Under the pieces are notes generated by a model. It saw nothing but the letters and a program-made list of their open reading frames with translations. It searched no databases and had not been told where the DNA came from. Shown here piece by piece: positions 24,689 through 32,000 of a DNA stretch of 32,000 nucleotides. The stretch spans positions 450,001 through 482,000 of the forward strand of contig NZ_OZ034918.1 of the NCBI RefSeq assembly GCF_964030745.1, written 5' to 3'. Each line of letters opens with the position of its first letter. The stretch's first letter is position 1. This stretch comes from Candidatus Saccharimonadota bacterium (GTDB lineage: Bacteria > Bacteroidota > Bacteroidia > Cytophagales > Amoebophilaceae). The position numbers and the translations under genes are program-made.

Positions 24689-25417
24689 ATGAAGTTACAA
24701 GATACAGATACAAACAGAACCGGTTGCTGCAAGGAGCCAGTGCATACAAGTCAAAGCAGTTGCTGCAATGAGTCCACTACAACCCGTCCGTCGTGTTGCT
24801 GTAGCGGTGAGGAAACAACACCTCAACCATGCTGCTGTGGTGCACAAGAAGAAGTGACGCAATCGGGTTGCTGTAGCCACCAAGAGATAGAAGCAGATAC
24901 GGGTTGCTGTAGATCAGCTGATAAGTTAGATGATGGCCATCAGCAGCCATTTAACCCTGAGATCAGCTCATCAGAACAACTGCAAAAGCTACTCATGGAG
25001 GCAAATGACAAATATGTTCGTCTTTATGCTGAGTTTGATAATTTTAAAAAACGTGCAGCTAAAGAGCGTATCGCTTTTACCGACAAAGCCAACGAACAAA
25101 CATTGAAGGAGCTTTTGCCCATTATAGATGATTTTGAGCGATGTATAGCGGCCCTGCAAGGGAGTCAAGAGGCACTACAACATATTGAAGGCATAAAACT
25201 GATTTATGATAAATTATGTGGGGTGTTAAAAAGGTATGGGGTAGAGGAAATAGCCATCACGGAAGGGAGTGCATTCAATGCTGATTTACATGAAGCCATT
25301 ATGCAGCAGCCGGTAGATAATCTAGAGATGCAAGGAAAAATTGTAGCAGTAGTAGAAAAAGGATACGTGATCCATGAGTATGTGTTGCGGTTTGCTAAAG
25401 TTATAATTGGAGTATAA
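24689..25417 (+). CDS. grpE: Nucleotide exchange factor GrpE with an ~85-aa Cys-Cys-rich N-terminal extension
   Basis: GrpE core YVRLYAEFDNFKKRAAKE...LKELLPIIDDFERCI...FNADLHEAIMQ. The stop abuts the dnaJ start (TAAATG). The N-terminus has six CC/CCC motifs. Confidence 0.88.
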   Translation: MKLQDTDTNRTGCCKEPVHTSQSSCCNESTTTRPSCCCSGEETTPQPCCCGAQEEVTQSGCCSHQEIEADTGCCRSADKLDDGHQQPFNPEISSSEQLQKLLMEANDKYVRLYAEFDNFKKRAAKERIAFTDKANEQTLKELLPIIDDFERCIAALQGSQEALQHIEGIKLIYDKLCGVLKRYGVEEIAITEGSAFNADLHEAIMQQPVDNLEMQGKIVAVVEKGYVIHEYVLRFAKVIIGV

Positions 25418-26551
25418 ATGGAAAAAGATTATTACAGCGTTCTGGGTGTAGAGCGTAGTGCCACTGCAGAGGAGATTAAAAAAGCCTATCGCAAGATAGC
25501 TATGCAATACCATCCTGACAAAAATCCAGGCAACAAAGCAGCAGAGGAAAAGTTTAAAGCTGCTACAGAAGCATATGATGTTTTAAGCAGCCCAGAGAAA
25601 AGGAATCAGTATGACCAGTTTGGTACAAGTGGGTATCAAGGAGGGGGAGGCTCCTATGGAGACGATTTTTTCGAAGGTGATTTGAGCGACCTGTTTCAGG
25701 ACTCTCCCTTTAGCAGTTTTTTTGGTGGCGGCAGAAGAACCCGAAGGGCATCTAACTATGGAGACGATTTACGCATAAGAATCAAGCTAAACCTTAAAGA
25801 GATTGCCCTAGGTGCTGAGAAAAAAGTAAAGGTAAAACGCTATACAAGCTGTGATGCATGTGGCGGTAATGGAGCAGAAAATGGACTGGCTGTAGAAAAA
25901 TGTGGGCCATGTAAAGGGCATGGTGTGGTGCGTAAAACGACCCAAACCATGTTGGGAAACATGCTCACAGAGTCAGTTTGTAACCACTGTGCTGGAACAG
26001 GTAGCCGTATTAAAACAGCTTGCAAGGATTGCCATGGAGAGGGTAGAAAGCTAATAGACGATCTGATTACCTTTCACGTACCTAAGGGGGTAAAAAAGAA
26101 TATGGAGCTTACCATACGTGGCAAGGGCAATGTACCACCTCGTGGTGGTATGCCAGGCAGCTTAATGGTCCAAATCGAAGAAGAAGAGGACGATCGGCTA
26201 AAACGTGAGGGCAATAATATTTGCTATACTTTGCACATTAGCTTTATTGATGCCACACTAGGCTGCGAAATGGAAGTGCCTACGATATATGGCAAAGTGC
26301 GACTTAAAATTCCACCTGGAACATCATGCGGCGAGGTGCTTAAATTAAAAGGAAAGGGTGTTCCGGATGTAAACAGTTATAGTAAAAAGGGAGATCAATT
26401 GGTTTTTGTTCAGATTTGGACACCACAGGAGCTTACAAAAGAAGAAAAGGATATTTTGCTTTCACTGCGTGATTCGCCTAACTTTATACCGAGGCCCAAT
26501 AAGAAAGAAGAGAGCTTTTTTGAGCGGATTAAATCTTTTTTTCAAGGATAG
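25418..26551 (+). CDS. dnaJ: Molecular chaperone DnaJ
   Basis: J domain [38 protein letters not shown]-rich linker, four CxxCxGxG zinc-finger motifs. Confidence 0.95.
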   Translation: MEKDYYSVLGVERSATAEEIKKAYRKIAMQYHPDKNPGNKAAEEKFKAATEAYDVLSSPEKRNQYDQFGTSGYQGGGGSYGDDFFEGDLSDLFQDSPFSSFFGGGRRTRRASNYGDDLRIRIKLNLKEIALGAEKKVKVKRYTSCDACGGNGAENGLAVEKCGPCKGHGVVRKTTQTMLGNMLTESVCNHCAGTGSRIKTACKDCHGEGRKLIDDLITFHVPKGVKKNMELTIRGKGNVPPRGGMPGSLMVQIEEEEDDRLKREGNNICYTLHISFIDATLGCEMEVPTIYGKVRLKIPPGTSCGEVLKLKGKGVPDVNSYSKKGDQLVFVQIWTPQELTKEEKDILLSLRDSPNFIPRPNKKEESFFERIKSFFQG

Positions 26552-26575
26552 TGTGCCATCGTTTAACATGTTACC

Positions 26576-27862
26576 ATGAGTCAGTTTGTAGTTTCTGCAA
26601 GAAAATACCGTCCTACTACCTTTAAAGATGTTATTAGTCAGCCCCATATTACCACCACATTAAAGAATGCTATTGCATCTGGGCAGCTTGCCCATGCTTT
26701 TCTTTTTTGTGGTCCGCGTGGTGTGGGGAAGACCACCTGTGCCCGTATATTGGCCAAAGCAATCAACTGCTTACAAGTGACAGAAGCAGTGGAGCCCTGT
26801 AACCAATGCACCAATTGCATCAGCCTAAGCAATAACAGCTCTATGAATGTCTATGAGTTAGATGCAGCCTCTAATAACTCTGTAGAAGATATTCGAGATC
26901 TGGTTGGCCAGGTTCGCTATGCTCCCCAACTGGGTAAATATAAGATATACATCATAGACGAGGTGCATATGTTGTCTAATGCTGCCTTTAATGCTTTTCT
27001 AAAAACGCTTGAGGAGCCTCCTAGCTATGCCCTATTTATATTGGCTACCACAGAACGACACAAGATATTACCCACTATTTTATCTCGTTGTCAGATATTT
27101 AACTTTAATAGAATTAAAATAGAAGACATTGTCACACAGCTCCAAACAATTGCTACACAAGAGGCTATTCCTTATGAAGCATCTGCATTACAGCTGATTG
27201 CGCAAAAAGCAGAAGGCGCCATGCGGGATGCACTCTCTATGTTTGACCTGATGGTTACTGCTGTAGGAGCAGGAGGCACCATTACCTACGCTCATGCACG
27301 CGACCATCTCCAAATTTTGGATGATGACTATTATTTTAAATGTACAGCAGCCTTTTTACAAGGAGATATTCCTGCTGCCCTCTCACTCTATGATGCTGTC
27401 TTACGTGCGGGCTTTCATGGCCACCATTTTGTAGCAGGACTTGGAGAACATTTACGCAACTTATTGGTCTGTAAAGACAGTGCGACGTTGCCTCTTTTAG
27501 AAGTCACGGACAACATGCGGCCACGTTATGCTGAATATGCAGCCAAATGCACCGTTCCTTTTTTAGTAAAGGCATTAACACGGCTAAACCAATGCGATAT
27601 GGGCTATAAGGCAAGCCAACATCAAAGATTGCATGTAGAACTGGCACTGATTGAGCTAGCCACGAACCACTTGCCTGTTCCAGAAAACAGACCCGTACCA
27701 GCTGAACCATTATCCAAATCGGATGGTCAAAAAGACCACTCGCTCACCAAGCCAATACCTAAGGGACCAGAAACCATAACGATTCCTACCCTAGCAAGCT
27801 TAAAATCTACATTGGCCACAAAGGAAACATCGAATGACGCAGATGTTAAAAAAAAAAAGTAG
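26576..27862 (+). CDS. dnaX: DNA polymerase III subunit gamma/tau, zero-frame product (gamma-like, 428 aa)
   Basis: RKYRPTTFKDVISQPHITTTLKNAIASGQLAHAFLFCGPRGVGKTTCARILAKAINC, zinc module CNQCTNC, YIIDEVHMLS, SRC motif LSRCQ. It ends in AAA AAA AAA AAG TAG. Confidence 0.92.
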   Translation: MSQFVVSARKYRPTTFKDVISQPHITTTLKNAIASGQLAHAFLFCGPRGVGKTTCARILAKAINCLQVTEAVEPCNQCTNCISLSNNSSMNVYELDAASNNSVEDIRDLVGQVRYAPQLGKYKIYIIDEVHMLSNAAFNAFLKTLEEPPSYALFILATTERHKILPTILSRCQIFNFNRIKIEDIVTQLQTIATQEAIPYEASALQLIAQKAEGAMRDALSMFDLMVTAVGAGGTITYAHARDHLQILDDDYYFKCTAAFLQGDIPAALSLYDAVLRAGFHGHHFVAGLGEHLRNLLVCKDSATLPLLEVTDNMRPRYAEYAAKCTVPFLVKALTRLNQCDMGYKASQHQRLHVELALIELATNHLPVPENRPVPAEPLSKSDGQKDHSLTKPIPKGPETITIPTLASLKSTLATKETSNDADVKKKK

Positions 27863-28239
27863 ATAGCCGATATGAGATCAAAGAGCCCATTACAGAAGCA
27901 GTGGTACAATCTTGTCTTGCTGACTATAGAGCACACCTTAAAAAGAATGGCCATATAGCTGCTTATCACCTTATGAACCAGCCCATAAAGCTTCAAGAGG
28001 GCGTCATTACCATCTCATTAATCAATCCTGTTCAAGAAAACCTATTGCAAAGCCTCAAAGAGGAGCTATTGCCTAAACTAAAATTGCATGATCCTGGTAT
28101 CACTATTCAAAGCATTTTGATCGAGCAGCAATGCGATCAAAAGCCCTATACAGATCAAGAAAAATTAAGCTACTTAAGTAAAAAAAACGCTGCTATAGCG
28201 CTGCTACAAGAACGGTTTATGTTGGAAGTAGCTTATTAA
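27859..28239 (+). CDS. dnaX: dnaX -1-frame continuation encoding the conserved tau C-terminal segment (126 codons)
   Basis: The frame opens inside the A11 run (the preceding TAA is at 27847-27849). The tail ...KPYTDQEKLSYLSKKNAAIALLQERFMLEVAY matches my memory of Bacteroidota DnaX C-termini. The ORF track lists it from GTG 27901. Confidence 0.65.
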   Translation, partial: VDSRYEIKEPITEAVVQSCLADYRAHLKKNGHIAAYHLMNQPIKLQEGVITISLINPVQENLLQSLKEELLPKLKLHDPGITIQSILIEQQCDQKPYTDQEKLSYLSKKNAAIALLQERFMLEVAY

Positions 28240-28310
28240 GACATAAGCCTGCTTGAGCAGAAACTTTTCTATTAATTGCTCATTATTGTTACCTTTATAT
28301 GGTAAAAATG

Positions 28311-28559
28311 GTATCTATTCACGTCACTAGTTAATAATGAATTGTATTCCACTTTTTTCTTGATAAAAAAGTGGACAAAAAATCAAGCCCTCGGCAAAAA
28401 GTTCCGGAACCCACCCCTTACAGATGGAAAAACAGAAGTCGCCCGCTGCGCGGGCTTCAAAGGAATCTGTTTTTCCTAATCATCTGCAAGGGGTGGGTTC
28501 TATTTCGAAACTTTTTACAGGGGCATTTTATCACTATGGCCATAGTGTTGAACAGATAC
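28311..28559 (+). repeat. MITE 'type A', 249 bp, with 8-bp target-site duplication TAAAAATG
   Basis: Near-identical to 18361-18609. Direct repeats TAAAAATG lie at 28303-28310 and 28560-28567. Confidence 0.9.
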
Positions 28560-28677
28560 TAAAAATGATTGCTACAATAGCACGCTATTGCGTTTTTTAT
28601 TTTCTAATGGTTATTAATTTAAAATATATTATACTAAGCCTGTGAACAGGTAATCATCTTAAACCATATACAATTAC

Positions 28678-29319
28678 ATGCAAAAGGGCATAATTATTTT
28701 TGGCGTATGCCATCTGACAAAGGGAGCTTTAGATATTTTTCAAAAAAACAATTTAATGGTCTATGGGATTCTAGAAGATGAAACCAAGTGGCACCATACC
28801 ACCATCCACAACATTCCTGTTTTAGGGGCTACTGATGATCCAACTTTCCTTGAGTTGCTCAGTGAGGAATGTGCTTCTTTTATGGCTTACCGGCATATCC
28901 AAAAAAGAAAAAACTGTTTAAATTTTTTAATTGCGCAACAAAAACCCCACCCGATTACTGCGGTTCATCCATCTGCTATTATGGCTGAAGCGATTCAACT
29001 TGGTCAAGGCAATTACATAGGCGCGCAAGTTTGTTTGGCGCCAGAGGTAACCATAGGCAACCACTGTATACTGCACAATGGAGTGGTCATTGAAGCAGAA
29101 GCCAATATTCATGATTGGGTAGAAATAGGGGCAGGTAGTATTATTGGTGAACAGGTAACCTTAGAGGAAGATGTGTTTATTGGAATGGGCGCTCGGATTA
29201 TTCCGGGTGTTACCATTCAAAAGGGGGCAAGCATTGGGGCTGGGTCGGTTGTTTTAGGAAACGTAAAAAGTGGCGATGTACTATTGGGTAATCCAGCTAA
29301 ATCGATTCAACAAGCTTAA
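28678..29319 (+). CDS. Left-handed beta-helix (hexapeptide-repeat) acetyltransferase, NeuD/PglD-like sugar N/O-acyltransferase
   Basis: 213 aa. Rossmann-like N-terminal part (IIIFGVCHLTKGALDI), then hexapeptide repeats (IGNHCILHNGVVIEAEANIHDWVEIGAGSIIGEQVTLEEDVFIGMGARIIPGVTIQKGASIGAGSVV). Confidence 0.8.
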   Translation: MQKGIIIFGVCHLTKGALDIFQKNNLMVYGILEDETKWHHTTIHNIPVLGATDDPTFLELLSEECASFMAYRHIQKRKNCLNFLIAQQKPHPITAVHPSAIMAEAIQLGQGNYIGAQVCLAPEVTIGNHCILHNGVVIEAEANIHDWVEIGAGSIIGEQVTLEEDVFIGMGARIIPGVTIQKGASIGAGSVVLGNVKSGDVLLGNPAKSIQQA

Positions 29320-29368
29320 AGGCTACCCTGAAGGATAGAAAATCAGAGGCCGCTAAGCGTCCCCTGAT

Positions 29369-29704
29369 GTATCTATTCACGTCACTGGTTAATAATGAAT
29401 TGTATTCCACTTTTTTCTTGATAAAAAAGTGGACAGAAAATCAAGCCCTCGGCAAAAAGTTCCGGAACCCACCCCTTACAGATGGAAAAACAGAAGTCGC
29501 CCGCTGCGCGGGCTTCAAAGGAATCTGTTTTTCCTAATCATCTGCAAGGGATGGGTTCTATTTCGAAACTTTTTACAGGGGCATTTTATCACTATGGCCA
29601 TAGTATTGAACAGATACCCATTTTTTTATCGAAGAAGACGCGGGACTAGTACTTGTTAGCTATTTGCTTTTTCAAAAAACGTAGCCATAGTGATGAATGG
29701 ATAC
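29369..29704 (+). repeat. Composite repeat: complete type A MITE (29369-29617) joined to the right end of a type B element (29618-29704)
   Basis: Type A ends at ...GAACAGATAC (29617). It is followed by CCATTTTTTTATCGAAGAAGACGCGGGACTAG...TTTGCTTTTTCAAAAAACGTAGCCATAGTGATGAATGGATAC, which is homologous to 17505-17590. No target duplication. Confidence 0.85.
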
Positions 29705-29791
29705 TTTTCTCCCCATTTTGATAACGCTATGGTAACATGATTAAACTAAAATATACAGAAACAAATTATCACTTTTTTTACCCCGAGTGCT

Positions 29792-30910
29792 TCACTCCAT
29801 ATTATCAATCAATTTTTGCAACGCATCTACAAACGGCTGATGGTCGTTGTCCTTAGCTACATCAAGTGGCGTTTTGTCATCATTATTTTTCTCCGTCAGA
29901 TGATAATTAGCTATGTGGCCCTTTAACTGAGCTAATACGTCCACGAAACCACCTCGTGCTGCCAGATGCAGGAGGTTATTATTGTTTTTATAGGTATCTA
30001 GATCAATTTCAGGATGAGTTTCTAGGATTAATTCTACCGCGACTGAAGCACCCTGGTCAACTGCCCACTGCATAAGATTAACATACCCTTTGGCACTTAA
30101 ATCAATATCTTTTTGTTGCAATAAGTACTTAACCACATCCTTATGACCCGTACGTGCTGCTTCATTTTTATCAGCTATTACATGCATCAATAGTGTCCAA
30201 TTGAATTCTTTATCATCCCTGGCATTTATATTTAGACCTTTAGCAAGCCAATATTCTATTCTTTCTTCCGAAAAACCATGGGCTTTAAGGTCCCTCATCA
30301 CCTGGTCATCTAAGACCATGGGATTCGCTACTGTAACACCATCATCGGTTAGCTGCGTAGTAGTTGCCGCACTTGTAGTACTTGTAGTACTTGTAGTACT
30401 TGTAGTACTTATAGTACTTATAGTGCTTAACGTAGTTAGCATGGTTGTCGGCTCCTGAGAAACCGTCTCATCCGTACCCCATTTTTTTTCGCCCCCTTCT
30501 ATTGCCTTAGTAGTGTTTTCTGCTAGTTCAGGAGTCATATTTGTAGGCAATATAGTAATACTACTTGTACTCAACTCGGTTGAGGTGAAGGGTGAAGAAG
30601 TGGTTACATTAGTACCATTATGTATATCTGGATCTAGTTTATTGGATGGATTAGCAAGATGATAAATGCCGCACACTGCCCCTCCAACGAGGCTAGCGAC
30701 TACAACCATTCCCGTCATCACCAAGCAAACAGTTGTTTTCGGATTAAAAGTATAACTTCTTGCCACATTATCGTATGCCTGGCGCATTTCATACCTCACA
30801 TTATGAAATGAAGTTATCCCTTGCCTTGCATTGTTGACACACGAAGCCAAGGTATTAAACATCAACAGGCCGATAAATAGGCCTACTCTATAGTGCATAT
30901 ATGTTTTCAT
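29792..30910 (-). CDS. Membrane-anchored or lipoprotein ankyrin-repeat protein with a Thr/Ser-rich low-complexity linker
   Basis: N-terminus GLFIGLLMFNTLASC (lipobox LASC), a second hydrophobic helix VCLVMTGMVVVASLVGGAVCGIY, the linker TISTISTTSTTSTTSTTS, and C-terminal ANK units (NLLHLAARGGFVDVLAQL). Confidence 0.85.
   Translation of the reverse strand: MKTYMHYRVGLFIGLLMFNTLASCVNNARQGITSFHNVRYEMRQAYDNVARSYTFNPKTTVCLVMTGMVVVASLVGGAVCGIYHLANPSNKLDPDIHNGTNVTTSSPFTSTELSTSSITILPTNMTPELAENTTKAIEGGEKKWGTDETVSQEPTTMLTTLSTISTISTTSTTSTTSTTSAATTTQLTDDGVTVANPMVLDDQVMRDLKAHGFSEERIEYWLAKGLNINARDDKEFNWTLLMHVIADKNEAARTGHKDVVKYLLQQKDIDLSAKGYVNLMQWAVDQGASVAVELILETHPEIDLDTYKNNNNLLHLAARGGFVDVLAQLKGHIANYHLTEKNNDDKTPLDVAKDNDHQPFVDALQKLIDNME
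30371..30433. repeat. 9-bp microsatellite (ACTTGTAGT/ACTTATAGT, about 6-7 units) encoding the (S/T)-T-(S/T) tract of the 29792-30910 protein
   Basis: Four perfect ACTTGTAGT units, two ACTTATAGT units and one degenerate unit, read directly from the sequence. Confidence 0.9.
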
Positions 30911-31214
30911 AGCATTTAAATTTAATTACATATAAATAACCACGATCAAGCAGTATGCTTGCAAGGCATATCCCATTTGACATACCTATTGCACGATCTG
31001 CTTAACTGTAACAAGGCAAAAAAAATCCATGAGCCACAATAGGCACCTAGGGTTTCCTCTTAACCATTTGCCTAATTAAACTTAATAGTAGACTACAAAA
31101 AAATATATAGCATTCCAAATAAAATAGATAAAAAAATGCAGCACTTATAAGAAGATAGGGGAGAAATTTTGAGATCATCAAGTGTATTGTTTATCATACA
31201 CCTACACATCGATG

Positions 31215-32000
31215 TTATTCTCTTTTCTTCGATGTCTGTATATGATTCAAAAACTGCGATAACACACTTTTTACCACCTCCTCGTCTACGCTTTCATTCT
31301 GCTTAAGAAGATCCATTGGGAGTTGGTGTTGATCATTTTTTTGTGTTACATCAGTATTTACGCTCTTTAATAGCTCCGTTATTACTTCTATATGACCTTC
31401 ACGTGCTGCCACATGTAAAGGGGTATCACCAATACCATTTTTCGCATTTACATCAATACTGGTTTTAGGTGCTTCTAGGAAGGATGCTACAACACCTGCA
31501 TATCCTTTCTCTGCTGCCAAATGCAAGAGTGTATTCCCATCTCCATCACGTACATGTACATTAACGTTGACTTTTGAATCTAGGATGATCCTTACGATAC
31601 CTCCATAGCCATTAAGAGCTGCCCACTGCAGAATATCAACATAACCCTTGGCACTTAAATCAATACCTGGTACTTGTAATAAGTACCTAACTGCATCCTC
31701 ATGACCCTTATATGCTGCTTCATACAAGGGGGTTTTCTTATAATTATTTTTCGCATTTACGTTAATCTTATCTTTAAGCACTAGAAGCTGCTTTATAACC
31801 TCGCCATAACCCCTGCGAGCTACTAGATGCAAAGCGGTATCCCCGTCCGTATCTTGTTTATTCGGATCCGCCCCCTGATCTATTAAGAGTGCAACAACGT
31901 CACTATGTTTACCTGCTGCTGCATACATTAATGGAGTCCACTGATACGTGCTAGCATTATCCCTTGCATTTATATCTAGGCTTTTAGCACTTATATCCCC
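31215..32000 (-). CDS. Ankyrin-repeat protein, partial (the N-terminus continues beyond the window end)
   Basis: The frame is open from 32000 down to TAA at 31215-31217. ANK units are TALHLVARRGYGEVIKQLL, TLLHLAAEKGYAGVVASFL and TPLHVAAREGHIEVITELL. It shares the DLSAKGYV..QWA block with the 29792-30910 protein. Confidence 0.88.
   Translation of the reverse strand, partial: GDISAKSLDINARDNASTYQWTPLMYAAAGKHSDVVALLIDQGADPNKQDTDGDTALHLVARRGYGEVIKQLLVLKDKINVNAKNNYKKTPLYEAAYKGHEDAVRYLLQVPGIDLSAKGYVDILQWAALNGYGGIVRIILDSKVNVNVHVRDGDGNTLLHLAAEKGYAGVVASFLEAPKTSIDVNAKNGIGDTPLHVAAREGHIEVITELLKSVNTDVTQKNDQHQLPMDLLKQNESVDEEVVKSVLSQFLNHIQTSKKRE

Noticed and set aside
30201-30458. An 85-aa plus-strand ORF rich in V/L (…VVAALVVLVVLVVLVVLIVLIVL…).
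   Set aside because: It is the antisense of the 9-bp microsatellite and Thr/Ser linker of the well-supported ANK gene on the minus strand, so it is a low-complexity artefact.

Overview
This is an AT-rich bacterial chromosome segment. Its housekeeping genes look Bacteroidota-like: gatB 3' end, argS, ung, rpsF-rpsR-rplI, a Sfp-type PPTase, tRNA-Val, xerD, tRNA-Asn, a plsC-like acyltransferase, grpE-dnaJ, dnaX and a NeuD-like acetyltransferase. These are mixed with features typical of an obligate intracellular symbiont. (1) An IS graveyard at 3358-15355 holds four IS types (IS3-like x2, IS5-like, IS5/IS1182-like, IS481-like) and covers about 20% of the window. (2) There are eukaryote-like ankyrin-repeat and RING-finger proteins, several with lipoprotein-type signal peptides. 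(3) At least eight loci carry modular, nested, palindromic MITE-like repeats, and some copies have intact 8-bp target-site duplications. The overall picture resembles what is described for the amoeba symbiont 'Candidatus Amoebophilus asiaticus'; that is an inference from memory, not a search. I see no CRISPR array and no convincing multi-gene defence, secretion or biosynthetic operon. The observations most worth follow-up are: dnaX split exactly at an in-frame A_AAA_AAG heptamer inside an A11 run, with an intact tau C-terminus in the -1 frame; the nested MITE network, which fills convergent intergenic spacers and supplies the 3' end of one gene; decaying RING-type E3-ligase-like effectors (a 3x105-bp tandem duplication and a single in-frame TGA); a GrpE with a periodic Cys-Cys-rich N-terminal extension behind a sigma-54-like motif; and an IS-flanked wHTH + AAA-ATPase-like/PD-(D/E)XK gene pair. 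All calls were made by eye from the sequence and the ORF track. No database search or computed alignment was possible.
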